Assembly: GCA_965200315.1 (NCBI GenBank) | Contig: OZ241362.1 | Span: 2,400,001 to 2,464,000 of the forward strand | Source: Candidatus Latescibacterota bacterium | Lineage (GTDB): Bacteria > Latescibacterota > UBA2968 > UBA8231 | Reading direction: 5' to 3' | DNA length: 64,000 nt | In this document: in pieces, positions 1 through 10,189 of the stretch | Position numbering within the stretch: position 1 is the first letter of the stretch | How the letters are laid out: each line of letters begins with the position of its first letter | Translations under genes and position numbers: made by a program | Notes under the pieces: generated by a model | The model's database searches: none | What the model was told of the DNA's origin: nothing | Seen by the model: the letters and a program-made list of their open reading frames with translations, nothing else

Positions 1-864
1 CGGCCGCAAGACGCCAGCGCGGATCTGAGTCGCACCGGCCATAGACGCATCCATGCCAGCGTACGCTTGCAGAATATCAAAGGTCTTGCGGGCCATGGCG
101 ACGCGGCCAAAGCCCTCGGTCGCTACTACCGTCAGGCCGATCTGCTCAGTCCCGGTGATAGCCACGCCCAAGTCGCGGCCAAGCAAGTCGCGCAAGTCGC
201 TGTCGCGCAGGCCGCCGCCGATCAACCCCACGGCACCTGCTTGCCGAGCCTGTTCCACGGTCTCCGCGCTAATCAGGCTGCCGACCACCACAATCTTGCC
301 CGCAACTTCCGGGCCCAGCGACTCGGCTGTGGCGTCTGGAGCATCAACGGCCAGGTGCAGCGCACCCCAGCACTCGCCTCCCACGCCGAAAATACCTTGG
401 ATATAAGCACCACGCGCTGCGACGCGCATACCCTCCTCGGCAAAAACTTCCTCTACGATCCCATCGACGTACGCCAGCACTTCGACCGGCTTGGGAGCTT
501 GCCGCAATATCACCTGCCCGGTCACCGGCGAAATGCTCTCGACGGTGCCGCTGACCGGAGATTCAATCGTGGTCTTGAACCAGCGAATAAATGGCTTGGT
601 CTCGGCGAGCGGCTCGTCGGCTTCGACCCGGTCGCCCTCTTTTTTGAGCATATAGCCGGCTAGCTCTTGCGGCGAGATGCCCAAGCGGTTGACCAAGTTG
701 AGGGTCGCCACCTCGCCCGGCAGTTCGGTGCGAGCCACAACTTGGTCTCGGCGCACAGCTTGGCCGCGCTCGACGACAACCTCGCCTTTGAGGGGCAACC
801 GCCGCTCTTTGTGGACGACTGCGTGTTGCGTCACGCGCAGGCCAGGGGTATAAGCATGGGCCAT
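1..864 (-). CDS. Conserved hypothetical protein downstream of GlmL-like gene (partial, runs off window)
   Basis: Not in ORF track. Hand translation from ATG 864 gives MAHAYTPGLRVTQHAVVHKERRLPLKGEVVVERGQAVRRDQVVARTELPG...; starts 3 nt after the GlmL-like stop and appears to stay open to the window edge. Confidence 0.75.
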   Translation of the reverse strand, partial: MAHAYTPGLRVTQHAVVHKERRLPLKGEVVVERGQAVRRDQVVARTELPGEVATLNLVNRLGISPQELAGYMLKKEGDRVEADEPLAETKPFIRWFKTTIESPVSGTVESISPVTGQVILRQAPKPVEVLAYVDGIVEEVFAEEGMRVAARGAYIQGIFGVGGECWGALHLAVDAPDATAESLGPEVAGKIVVVGSLISAETVEQARQAGAVGLIGGGLRDSDLRDLLGRDLGVAITGTEQIGLTVVATEGFGRVAMARKTFDILQAYAGMDASMAGATQIRAGVLRP

Positions 865-867
865 GAG

Positions 868-2649
868 CTACTCGTATAGGTTTAACGCCTGCTGCCAGTC
901 GCTTATCTGATGGCGGCGGTCGCGGTCTGTCGCCATCTGGATGGGCCGACCGCGACCGTCCAGCACTAGTCCTGCGACCCCGCCGCACACCCTTGCATTT
1001 AGGGCTTGTCCCGGGCCAGCACCCACATCCCAACGCCGCGCCGGTTGGAGCGAAACTTCAACCTCCTCGCCATCGGCCAAGGGCATCCACTGTAGCTGGC
1101 CAAACTGTAACTCGCCGGTTTGCCGCCCGCTGGGCAGTTCAATTTCGTATTGGAGGCAGACCTCGCCGCCCTTACCCTCGCCGACGGGGGCCACACAAGT
1201 GCCCAAGTAGATCAGACAATCGCGCTCAAAAACCTCGGTGGCAGCCCGCTCGTCAACAGTCGAGAGCACCCCTAGGTGGGGCATCATAAAAATGCTATCG
1301 ACGGCCAATCGGGTGACGCCTTCGGGCTGAAAGGCATCTATGAGCATGGCGCAACTCTGCTCGCGGCGGGGCGCGTGCGAGAGCACACCACCGCTGCCGA
1401 CTAGCATGTCTAGCGCCATCATCTCGACCAAACTCTCGCCGGTGGCACCCTGCTCAAAGACATCGGCTAGCGTGCGCTTGCTCTGCACCCCCTTCAATCC
1501 CACTGCCAACGCCCGGTGCTGGTCAAAAGCCAAGCGCAAAGCCTCGCGGGCAATGGCTTGCTCGACTTGCAATTCCTGCATGAGCTGGGGGATGGTAGTA
1601 GGGCGGATCATCTTGTTTTTGATCCGGTCTCGGAGGTCGGCCTCCTCAATATCGAAAGGAACCCAGCGCATGATTTGGTCGAGTCCGGCTTCGGCTAGCA
1701 CGTTGGAGACGCTGTAGGACATGCCGAGATTGGCACTGACCGTGCGGTTGAAAACGCCGTCGAAAACGCTGAACACATCGGTCGTCGCCCCGCCGATATC
1801 CACGCCGACGACGTTGATCCCCTGTTGGCGGGCAATAGCCTGCATGATCTCGCCCACTGCCCCAGGCGTCGGCATAATCGGCGCGCTGGTCCAGTCCATC
1901 AGCTTGCTATAGCCAGGAGCCTGCGCCATGACGTGTTCGAGGAAGAGATCGTGAATGACGTGCCGCGCCGGGTCCAGATTTTCCTTTTCGAGTACGGGGC
2001 GGATATTCTCGGTAACGGTCAGGGCCATCTTACCCCCCAGCGCCTTTTCAACCTCCTCGCGTGCGTCCTCATTCCCCGCAAAAATAACCGGCAACTTGAA
2101 GTCCGCGCCAAAGCGGGGTCTAGGATCGGCTGCGCTGATGAATTCGGCCAACTCGACCACGTGACTGACAGTGCCGCCATCGGTGCCGCCCGACAGCAAC
2201 ACCATATCGGGACGCAATTGGCGGATACGCTCTATTTTTTCGTGCGGCAAGCGCCCATCGTTGGTAGCGAGCGCGTCCATGACGATCGCCCCGGCTCCCA
2301 AGGCGCAGCGCTGGGCGCTCTCGCCGGTCATCGCCATCACCACACCGGCAACCACCATCTGCAACCCACCGCCCGCACTGCTCGTCGAGATGTAGATATC
2401 GACCCCGACATTGCCGTCAGCCGGTGCGATAATCCGCTCGCCATCGAGGATCTGCCGCCCGGAAAGCTCCTCAACCTCTTGAATGGCGTTGAGCACCCCC
2501 CGAGTGACGTCTTCAAAGGGGGCCTCAACCGTGGTTGGGGCCTCGCCGCGAAAGGTCTGGCGATACCCTTCGTCCTTCTTTTCGATCAGGATCGCCTTGG
2601 TCGTCGTACTGCCGCAGTCCGTGGCGATAACTACGTTGAGGTCATCCAT
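868..2649 (-). CDS. Glutamate mutase L (GlmL/MutL)-like ASKHA-fold ATPase
   Basis: Two actin/hexokinase-type phosphate loops (DCGSTTTK, DIGGATTD) plus SSAGGGL and RTVSANLGMSYS, typical of the GlmL family. Start taken at MDDLNVV (2649). Confidence 0.8.
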   Translation of the reverse strand: MDDLNVVIATDCGSTTTKAILIEKKDEGYRQTFRGEAPTTVEAPFEDVTRGVLNAIQEVEELSGRQILDGERIIAPADGNVGVDIYISTSSAGGGLQMVVAGVVMAMTGESAQRCALGAGAIVMDALATNDGRLPHEKIERIRQLRPDMVLLSGGTDGGTVSHVVELAEFISAADPRPRFGADFKLPVIFAGNEDAREEVEKALGGKMALTVTENIRPVLEKENLDPARHVIHDLFLEHVMAQAPGYSKLMDWTSAPIMPTPGAVGEIMQAIARQQGINVVGVDIGGATTDVFSVFDGVFNRTVSANLGMSYSVSNVLAEAGLDQIMRWVPFDIEEADLRDRIKNKMIRPTTIPQLMQELQVEQAIAREALRLAFDQHRALAVGLKGVQSKRTLADVFEQGATGESLVEMMALDMLVGSGGVLSHAPRREQSCAMLIDAFQPEGVTRLAVDSIFMMPHLGVLSTVDERAATEVFERDCLIYLGTCVAPVGEGKGGEVCLQYEIELPSGRQTGELQFGQLQWMPLADGEEVEVSLQPARRWDVGAGPGQALNARVCGGVAGLVLDGRGRPIQMATDRDRRHQISDWQQALNLYE

Positions 2650-2977
2650 GCTTTTGGCTTTCGCGCTGGGCAATGGCCTCCGCGAGTAGGTCTATAGATT
2701 GACGGCGCTCCAACATGCGCGTAAATCGCTCGTACTCATCTCGCGAAAAAACCAGCGTGGCAAATGGAGCCAAAAAGGTCAGGGCTTGGCTGCCCAAAAA
2801 ATTGAGGGGGCGGCAAGCCTCCAATGCCATAGACGCAGCCGCTCCCATGCGGCGACTCACTATAAACTCGGCCAGCCGCTCGGCCAGCGTACGCTCTTCC
2901 TCAGACCAACCTACCTCTGGATCTTCGAGGGCAAAAGCGTGCCGCCACCGCGCTTTTAAACTATCGACTTGAAACAT
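2642..2977 (-). CDS. Hypothetical protein (about 111 aa)
   Basis: Overlaps both neighbours in an operon-like way. Start taken at MFQVDS. Motif LEACRPLNFLGSQAL. Confidence 0.6.
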   Translation of the reverse strand: MFQVDSLKARWRHAFALEDPEVGWSEEERTLAERLAEFIVSRRMGAAASMALEACRPLNFLGSQALTFLAPFATLVFSRDEYERFTRMLERRQSIDLLAEAIAQRESQKHG

Positions 2978-3377
2978 GGCACCGGACGAAACGCGCAACT
3001 TCTTCGCGGTTTTGATCAAAGCGCAAAAAAACGCCGCGAAAGGAATCCAGCCGACCTAGGCGAGCGGACGGACGTAAAAAAATACCGTCCCGATGTTCGT
3101 CTGCTCGACGGAATTCCGCCCAAGAACGGCACTGTTTAAGGCCGAGATGTTGACTGCTGACGCCGACGCCGTCGAGCGCATAGCGCGTAGGGAAGAAATA
3201 GCGCGACAGCGAAGCAGTCAATGCTCCGAGTGAAAACACCCCGTAAAACCAATGCTCAAAACCGAAAGCGGCGGCCGCTGAGGAAGCGACCATGAGCGCG
3301 ATTAGCAGTATCGACTTTGCCGGCCGCTCCCGGCGCAGGGGGTGACTTTCCCAGTGGAGAGAGGCTGCGGAGGACAC
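2961..3377 (-). CDS. Hypothetical membrane protein (2 TM, PH-like C-terminus)
   Basis: GTG 3377 lies 10 nt after the upstream stop. Two hydrophobic segments, then FFPTRY...LDSFRG. The ORF-track N-terminal extension overlaps the SBP gene and is discarded. Confidence 0.6.
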   Translation of the reverse strand: MSSAASLHWESHPLRRERPAKSILLIALMVASSAAAAFGFEHWFYGVFSLGALTASLSRYFFPTRYALDGVGVSSQHLGLKQCRSWAEFRRADEHRDGIFLRPSARLGRLDSFRGVFLRFDQNREEVARFVRCHVSSR

Positions 3378-3387
3378 AGCCGCGTCC

Positions 3388-5220
3388 TTAGTACATCTGC
3401 GCTTCCTGCGCGACCCACCAGTCTTGCAAGCGGACGCCGGGGGGATACCAAGTGACGCCACTGAAGCGCCGGCTATAGGCTTGGGCATTGCGCGGCTTCC
3501 ACAGGAAGGTGTATGGCTGTTCCTCGTGCAGGATTGCTTGGAAACGCTGGTAGAGTGCAATGCGCCTTTCCATATCGAACTCGCGGCGATAGTCCTCCAA
3601 AATTTGATCAACCTCGGCGTTGATGAAGCTCACCGCGTTGGAGCCGTTTTCTACGGTCTGGGAGGAATGCCAGATCTGGTAACCGTCGGGCGCGAACCTC
3701 ACATTGCCGGTCCAGCCCAGCACCATGGCGTCAAAATCCTTGCCGCGGACCTTCTGTAAAAAAATCGACCAGTCTAACTCGCGCACTTGGCAGTCAATGC
3801 CAATATCCTGCAACTCGTATTGCAAGGTTAGGGCGATATCTTTGCGGATCTGGTTGCCCGAATTGATCAAAATCTCAAAGCGAAATGGCACTAGCTCCCC
3901 GTCGATGGTCTTGTCGAGAATGCCATCCTCGTCGGCATCCTCCCAGCCAGCTTCCGCCAGCAGATCGAGGGCGCGGTCGGGATCGTACGCGTACGGCGCG
4001 AGGCCGTGGTTGTATTCGGGGCGGAACTTGTGGATCGGCCCCTCCACCGTCTCGGCTAGGCCGAACATGATGTTTTCGACCATGCCCTCGCGGTCGGTCA
4101 AATGGGTCATGGCTTGGCGTACCCGCTTGTCGCCAAAAATTGGATGTTTGTTGTTCCAGCCGATGTACATATATCCACCGGCGTAGCTAACGCCTTTGAG
4201 GAAGCGGCGGTTGAAGTCTTCCGACCAGCTCTTTTCCCTAAATTCCAACGGACGCAGAGTGTGGTAGTCGAGGTTGCCGTTGGTCAACTCGATGAATGCC
4301 GCGTCGGTATTGTTGATGATGTTAAAGACGATCTTATCGACAAAGCCAGGTGGCAGCAGCCCTTCCACATCCCGCCCCCAGTAGTTCGCATTTCGCGTCA
4401 GCACGACTTTCTGCTGGGTGACCAAGTCTCGCTCTGGATCTTCGATTATATACGGCCCCGAGCCTAATACCTTGCGGTTGAAATTTTGATTGAATTGTTC
4501 GGCAAAGCGCTCGACTCGCTCTTTGTGCGGCCCCTCCTCCCAAGAACCATCCACCAAACTCTTGACCTCGACTGGGTCCAGCAAACCCTCCGGATCGTAA
4601 AAGTGCTTAGGTAGGATACTGAATGAACCCAACATCAAATCGTTGCGGAAATAGGGCTTGTCGCACAGGAAGCTAACCTTGTTGGCCCCTACCTGTTGTA
4701 CCACCTCGACGGCGGCATAGTAGTTGCGCAGATGCGGCGTCAGCACTTGGGGATTGTGGATGACCTTCATGCTGAAGACGACGTCCGCAGCCGTCAGCGG
4801 CTTGCCGTCTGAGAAGTAAACCCCATCGCGCAGCTCAAATGTATAGGTGAGTTTGTCCGCGGAAATGTTCGGGTAGCCTTTGGCGACTAGCCCTCGCAAC
4901 GCGTAGGGCGGGTCCGATTCGGCGTCGAGCAGGCCTTCAAATACGTAATTCAAGACCATGCTGGCACCGGCATCGTTGGAGGTGTACGGATTGAGTTTCT
5001 CTGGGTCGGACAGCATGTGGCGCACCATCCAGTCGCCGTAGGTCGGCTCTTCTCCGCTCTCGTAGCGCAGCGGCACCTTCGCAGTGCCGTCGAGCACGAT
5101 GATATCCTTGGTACTCAGGAGAATTTCCTGCACTACTTCCCACGACGACTCAGCGACGGCATGATCGCCGATACAGATACCCAACCAAGCGGCCACTGCG
5201 AACATTTTAACTTTTGGCAT
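3388..5220 (-). CDS. Peptide/nickel ABC transporter substrate-binding protein (family 5, OppA/AppA-like)
   Basis: Signal peptide, YTFELRDGVYFSDGKPLTAADVVFS, GSGPY, RVRQAM, LHEEQPYTFLW. Confidence 0.9.
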   Translation of the reverse strand: MPKVKMFAVAAWLGICIGDHAVAESSWEVVQEILLSTKDIIVLDGTAKVPLRYESGEEPTYGDWMVRHMLSDPEKLNPYTSNDAGASMVLNYVFEGLLDAESDPPYALRGLVAKGYPNISADKLTYTFELRDGVYFSDGKPLTAADVVFSMKVIHNPQVLTPHLRNYYAAVEVVQQVGANKVSFLCDKPYFRNDLMLGSFSILPKHFYDPEGLLDPVEVKSLVDGSWEEGPHKERVERFAEQFNQNFNRKVLGSGPYIIEDPERDLVTQQKVVLTRNANYWGRDVEGLLPPGFVDKIVFNIINNTDAAFIELTNGNLDYHTLRPLEFREKSWSEDFNRRFLKGVSYAGGYMYIGWNNKHPIFGDKRVRQAMTHLTDREGMVENIMFGLAETVEGPIHKFRPEYNHGLAPYAYDPDRALDLLAEAGWEDADEDGILDKTIDGELVPFRFEILINSGNQIRKDIALTLQYELQDIGIDCQVRELDWSIFLQKVRGKDFDAMVLGWTGNVRFAPDGYQIWHSSQTVENGSNAVSFINAEVDQILEDYRREFDMERRIALYQRFQAILHEEQPYTFLWKPRNAQAYSRRFSGVTWYPPGVRLQDWWVAQEAQMY

Positions 5221-5257
5221 ATTCTCCCCTTTGTACTAACCAGCTAGACCCAATCCA

Positions 5258-6178
5258 TTACACAAAGGTCAACCATCCGTGCCGGTCTTCGACTCCGACG
5301 CGGACCACGGCGAAAAAAGCGTCTTGTATCTGCGCGGTGATCGGCCCGCACTTTCCACAGCCGATCTGCACTTGGTCTATGGCGCGGATCGGCGTGATTT
5401 CGGCGGCCGTGCCAGTGAAGAAGACCTCATCGGCGATGTAGAGGAATTCGCGCGGAATCCCGCGCTGCTCGACCCGCATCCCCAGATCGCGTATCAGGGT
5501 AATGGCGGTGTGGCGGGTGATGCCCGGCAGGATGGCAAAACACGACTCAGGCGTGTAGATCAAGCCATTTTTGATGACAAAGATATTCTCGCCGCTGCCC
5601 TCGCTCACCAACCCATCCGTTCCCAAGACAATGCCCTCGTCATAGCCGTTGGCATTGGCTTCGATCCGCACGAGCTGCGAGTTGAGGTAGTTGCCGCCGG
5701 CCTTGGCCAAGGCGGGAAACGTATTCGGGGCCATGCGGTTCCACGACGAGGTGCAAACCGAAACGCCGTTTTTCAGCGCCGCTTCTCCAAGGTACTCTCC
5801 CCACTCCCAAACGGCGATCACTACGTCAACCGGACACCCCATCGGATCAACCCCCAAGTTCTCATAGCCGCGGAAGACAACCGGGCGAATATAGCAGGCC
5901 GCGAGCCGATTGACGCGGATCGTCTCGAGGATAGCCTCTTTGATTTCCTCTCGCGTATAGGGAATGTCCATGCGGTAGATTTTGGCGGAATCAAATAGCC
6001 TGTTGACGTGCTCGTCAAGGCGGAATACGGCCGAGCCTTTCGCGGTCTTGTAACAGCGAATGCCTTCAAAAACGCTTGAACCGTAGTGTACTACGTGGGA
6101 GAGCACGTGGATTTTGGCGTCGTCCCAATCGACCAATTGGCCATTGAACCAGATCTTATCGCATTTAGGCAGGGGCAT
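5258..6178 (-). CDS. ilvE: Branched-chain amino acid aminotransferase
   Basis: [52 protein letters not shown] upstream of ATG 6178. Confidence 0.95.
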   Translation of the reverse strand: MPLPKCDKIWFNGQLVDWDDAKIHVLSHVVHYGSSVFEGIRCYKTAKGSAVFRLDEHVNRLFDSAKIYRMDIPYTREEIKEAILETIRVNRLAACYIRPVVFRGYENLGVDPMGCPVDVVIAVWEWGEYLGEAALKNGVSVCTSSWNRMAPNTFPALAKAGGNYLNSQLVRIEANANGYDEGIVLGTDGLVSEGSGENIFVIKNGLIYTPESCFAILPGITRHTAITLIRDLGMRVEQRGIPREFLYIADEVFFTGTAAEITPIRAIDQVQIGCGKCGPITAQIQDAFFAVVRVGVEDRHGWLTFV

Positions 6179-6253
6179 GTAGAAAACCTCCTTGAGCAAG
6201 TACGCGAATAATTAAGGTAACACCACGGCGAAACCGTTACCAGTGTTAAGCGA

Positions 6254-8224
6254 TTACAACGTTCGCGTATAGGTTACAGTCAAGCTGTTAAACGAGCCGC
6301 TGCGCTGGAGACTGCGGCTGCCGCGCAAGCTGAGCTTGTTGTCGCTGCCGGCCGGATTGTAGTTAAAATTCGCCGCCAGATTCCGGTGTTTGTTGGGAAG
6401 GCGACTGAGGGAACGCAACTGGGCGAGCTCGGAGTATTCGTAATTCCACTGGCGATCGAACCTGTAGGTGTAGGTTGCGCCGGCCGAGTAGTCAGTGCTG
6501 GGCGAGTAGGTCATGCCGAATCTAAGAGTGTATCTGGCGTTTTCCTCTTCGACAATCTGGGTGCCGTTTTCCAAAATCAAGGTGCCGTCATCGTTGGCCG
6601 AATAGTTGTAGCGCGCGTTGAGTGAAAGGTCGTCGAGGATCTTGCGCCGCAGCGAATGCACCATGCTCCAGCCGCGGCGGATATTGCTTTTGCGCGACGA
6701 CTCGCGGCGATTGACTTGGCGATCAAAATCGTAAATGATGCGCTTCGCGGAGACGCTGAATCGGTGCGAAAAGGACGCGCCCAATCGCTCGTAATTGGTG
6801 CCGATATTGAGCGAAATGTCGCGGCTGCGCGAGTTGTCCACAGCGCGGGTGGCGTGCAGGTTCACGCGATGCAAAAAGATATTTTTGAGGTCGACTCTGA
6901 GCTTGGCACCCGAGCGCAGAGTGCCGTCATAGCTGAGGCTCACGCTGTTGTTGAAGGTGTCGCGGTCCTGCTTGGGGTCCCCTGGATTTTCCGAGCGTTT
7001 GATCTCGCCAAAGGTCGCCAATCGCATCGAGTGCCCATCGGCCAAGGGCCAGTTGAAAGAGCCGTTGAGAAAGAGATTGCGATTGATCTCGTCGGAGCTT
7101 GGATCGCGGCACGTTCCGTCCGCCGAGCGCGTGAAGTGGCTATCGCAAAGGCTGGTATCGGGCACCCGCACCGCCAAGCGACGCATGTCGCTGCCTTTGA
7201 AGCGAACTCTGGAATTGAAGACCAGCTTCTCAATCAGCTTGCCCGAAAGGGACGCGTCCCAGCTAAAGTTCTCGCCGAGGCGGTCTTTGCCAAAGAAGCG
7301 GTTGTCTAAATCCTGGATCGCGTTGGCGGTGTTGGTGTGCTCGTTCTGACTGTACGAGGCGCGGTTTTTTATTTTAAAGCGCCCTAGATCAAACTCCACG
7401 TTGGAGGCCAAGCTAGTGCCGCGCGTTTCCGCCAACTCGGCGCTGACCACCGTGTCGCGCACCACAGCCTCGCCTACTGTAGCCTCGCTGATGGCGCGGC
7501 GTGAGAGGCCCCTCTGAGAGCGGTTTTCAGATAGAGTCAGGCCGACGCGCACCTCGCCGGGAAAGACATAACTCACATTGCCGCTCATCCGCTCACTGCG
7601 ATCTTTGTTGTGCTCGAGCGTATCGTCTGTTTTACTCAGCGAAATCGAGTTTTTCAGCTTCTTGCCCGCAATCTCAATGTCGGGCGAGACCCGCAGCGAA
7701 GCATTGTAGCGGATCCCGGTCTCCTTTATGGTGCTGTCGAGGCTGGCGCGGCTAGCGCGGGTGGCCGAGATTAGGCTCGGGGTCAGGTTGGCATTCAGGC
7801 TCTTGAATGGACCGCTGCTCAACGGCTTAGATCTAAATCCAAAGTTAAAGGACTGGCTGCGCGTCTTCTGCTTGTGCAGCGTTACGTTGCGCGTGCTCAT
7901 GCTGGCACCGAGGCTGATGGTGGCCTTTGGGCCGAGAATGGGATAGTTGATTGAAGAGCTGCCCGAGGCATCGTCCTGCCAACTCTTGCCGGTGCTGCGA
8001 TCGTCGAGGCTAAACTTCATTCTCGCCCGTGCGTTAATCGTCAGCTTGGAGGTCGAGTCCCCCACCGCCGAGAACCGCACGGGCGTCGAGTAGCTCCAGC
8101 TAGGAAACGAATGGTTCCAAGAGGTTCGGGAACTGGAGCGGTTAAAGTTGAGCGTGTACTGTGCATCGGCCGCCGTCCATGCGACCAACACCAGCCAACC
8201 CGCGTACCACAAGACCGGCTTCAC
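6254..8224 (-). CDS. Hypothetical secreted protein, probable outer-membrane beta-barrel (about 656 aa)
   Basis: GTG overlaps the rsmA stop (GTGA). Signal peptide ...WTAADA, S/T/N/R-rich alternating beta-strand pattern, C-terminal LTVTYTRTL. Confidence 0.65.
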   Translation of the reverse strand: MKPVLWYAGWLVLVAWTAADAQYTLNFNRSSSRTSWNHSFPSWSYSTPVRFSAVGDSTSKLTINARARMKFSLDDRSTGKSWQDDASGSSSINYPILGPKATISLGASMSTRNVTLHKQKTRSQSFNFGFRSKPLSSGPFKSLNANLTPSLISATRASRASLDSTIKETGIRYNASLRVSPDIEIAGKKLKNSISLSKTDDTLEHNKDRSERMSGNVSYVFPGEVRVGLTLSENRSQRGLSRRAISEATVGEAVVRDTVVSAELAETRGTSLASNVEFDLGRFKIKNRASYSQNEHTNTANAIQDLDNRFFGKDRLGENFSWDASLSGKLIEKLVFNSRVRFKGSDMRRLAVRVPDTSLCDSHFTRSADGTCRDPSSDEINRNLFLNGSFNWPLADGHSMRLATFGEIKRSENPGDPKQDRDTFNNSVSLSYDGTLRSGAKLRVDLKNIFLHRVNLHATRAVDNSRSRDISLNIGTNYERLGASFSHRFSVSAKRIIYDFDRQVNRRESSRKSNIRRGWSMVHSLRRKILDDLSLNARYNYSANDDGTLILENGTQIVEEENARYTLRFGMTYSPSTDYSAGATYTYRFDRQWNYEYSELAQLRSLSRLPNKHRNLAANFNYNPAGSDNKLSLRGSRSLQRSGSFNSLTVTYTRTL

Positions 8225-9048
8225 GGCCCATCCTTTCCCAAATGCGAGCAGGCGTCGCTCAGCCGGATGAATTCCTCTAGCGACAATTCCTCCGGGCGGC
8301 GCGTTAGTTCGATACCTGCCTGCTGGCCCAGCGCTTCCAGCCAAGGCCGCCCGCCCTCGGGATTGAGACCGAGGAGCGAATTGCGCAGCATCTTGCGCCG
8401 CTGGCCAAAGGCTCGGCGCACCAAGCGGTCGAAACAGTCCATGTCCTGTACCGCGTAGAGGGGCTTGGAAGCAAAGCGCAACTCGACTACAGACGAATCC
8501 ACGGCCGGCACGGGCCGGAAGCAATCGCGTCCCACCTGCAAGCTCATCTCCACTTCGGCGCGCATAGTCACCAGCACGGACAACAGGCCGTAATCCTTTG
8601 AACCGGGGCTGGCGACCAAGCGCCGAGCTACTTCGCGTTGGACCATGACGATGGCACGGCTGATACAATCGGCGTGAGCAAGGAGGTGAAAGATCAATGG
8701 AGCGGTGATGTTGTAGGGAAGATTGCCGACGATCAGCAGGCGGCACCCGCCCGCGTCCCGCAGAACTTCTCTCAGATCAACCTGCAGAATATCTCCTTCG
8801 ATCAAGCGCAACTTACGCGCATCTTGGTGTGCGCGCAGCAAGGCCACTAAGTCGCGGTCAATTTCCACGGCCACCAAGTGATCCACAGCAGCGAGTAGCA
8901 CTTCAGTCAACGCGCCCCGGCCCGGGCCAATCTCGACCACCACCTCGCCAGCGGCCGGGCGCACCAACCCCGCAATGGCCTCTATAACACCCCGGGCGAC
9001 GAGGAAGTGCTGGGCAAAGCGCAACCGCGGTCGGTGGGCGTTTACCAA
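8221..9048 (-). CDS. rsmA: 16S rRNA m6,2A dimethyltransferase RsmA/KsgA
   Basis: AQHFL, VEIGPGRGALT, GNLPYNIT, FRPVPAVDS, QRRKMLRNSL. Start approximate. Confidence 0.95.
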   Translation of the reverse strand: MVNAHRPRLRFAQHFLVARGVIEAIAGLVRPAAGEVVVEIGPGRGALTEVLLAAVDHLVAVEIDRDLVALLRAHQDARKLRLIEGDILQVDLREVLRDAGGCRLLIVGNLPYNITAPLIFHLLAHADCISRAIVMVQREVARRLVASPGSKDYGLLSVLVTMRAEVEMSLQVGRDCFRPVPAVDSSVVELRFASKPLYAVQDMDCFDRLVRRAFGQRRKMLRNSLLGLNPEGGRPWLEALGQQAGIELTRRPEELSLEEFIRLSDACSHLGKDGP

Positions 9049-10181
9049 CGTCGCGCCCTCACCAAGCTGGGGTCGAGTGGAGGCATTAGTGCTGTTCCCC
9101 CTCGACGCAAGCCGCGCCACAGGTCGGTCAACACCAACTGAGGATTGGCATTGTGCCCTAGGGTCTCGGCTGCTCTGTCGATCTCCAAGGCGACTCGGGC
9201 TGCGTCTATTTTCTCTAGCAGGTTTTCCAAATAAGGACGCCGATCTACCTGGACGATAGATGCGCCTTGGCCGTGCGCCAACAGGAAGAGATCCCGTAGA
9301 TACAGGCCGCAGACCTGCAAAAAACGCTCTAGCTGTCCCCGATCTCCCCCCAACTCCTCAAGGATGCTCCAATAGACCTCGTCCCGCTGCTCCGAGCCAC
9401 CACTGAGAAACAACTCAACTAGCTGCCGCGTCCCGTCAAACGCCCCAGCCGCCACCTCTTTGGCCTGCTGCAACGAACCAGCCCCCATGCGCACAGCCAG
9501 TTCCAAACGCTCCCCAGCCACGCCCTCTTGTTCGAGCTGCGACCGCAAGGTCGCTGCATCTAAGGGACTCAAAATCATGCGCTGGCAGCGCGAGAGCACG
9601 GTGGGCAAAAGGCGCTCTGGTGCAGCCGAAACCAGCGCGATGACGGCCCGGGGTGGTGGCTCTTCCAAGAGCTTGAGCAGCGAATTGGCACCCGCCGGGT
9701 GCATTCGATCGGCGGCGAAGATCAGGCCGACTTTGCGCTGGGATTCCGTCGGCGCAAATGCCAACTCCCTTTGCAACTGGCGCAGGTGCTCCACCGCGAT
9801 ATTGGCGTTGCCGGGGATGGCTGCGCCCGCGTCGTGAACGTACTCCACTACGGACTCGCGCAAGTCCGCCAGCGCCAGCCGCTGCTTGCCTCGGCGCGGA
9901 GGCAATGGCAATGCGGTGTGGAGGTCGGGATGTATGAACGAAGCGACCTTGCGACAGCTCGGGCAACGATTGCAGGGAGAAGGGCCGCTGTCCGTACACA
10001 ACAGAGCCTGTGCCCACGCGAGCGCAAAGCGTCGTTTGCCGGTTCCCTCGGCCCCGCAGATGAGAACCGCATGAGGGATGCGGCCCGATTCGAGCCACGC
10101 TGTAGCCACGGCCCCAGCCCGATCTCGACGGGCCAGATCGCTAAACTCCCCAGAGTGCGGGATGCCGCCCGTGCTGTACAA
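9042..10181 (-). CDS. holB: DNA polymerase III delta' subunit
   Basis: GAEGTGK Walker-like loop, Cys4 zinc cluster, HPD, ANSLLKLLEEPP, LPTVLSRC. Confidence 0.9.
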   Translation of the reverse strand: MYSTGGIPHSGEFSDLARRDRAGAVATAWLESGRIPHAVLICGAEGTGKRRFALAWAQALLCTDSGPSPCNRCPSCRKVASFIHPDLHTALPLPPRRGKQRLALADLRESVVEYVHDAGAAIPGNANIAVEHLRQLQRELAFAPTESQRKVGLIFAADRMHPAGANSLLKLLEEPPPRAVIALVSAAPERLLPTVLSRCQRMILSPLDAATLRSQLEQEGVAGERLELAVRMGAGSLQQAKEVAAGAFDGTRQLVELFLSGGSEQRDEVYWSILEELGGDRGQLERFLQVCGLYLRDLFLLAHGQGASIVQVDRRPYLENLLEKIDAARVALEIDRAAETLGHNANPQLVLTDLWRGLRRGGTALMPPLDPSLVRARRW

Positions 10182-10189
10182 GCCAATCC

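Noticed and set aside
8225-8746. Long N-terminal extensions in the ORF track (also for ruvA, mcsA, lolC, vWA protein, S8 peptidase)
   Set aside because: They overlap well-supported upstream genes; downstream starts give typical stop/start coupling and signal peptides.
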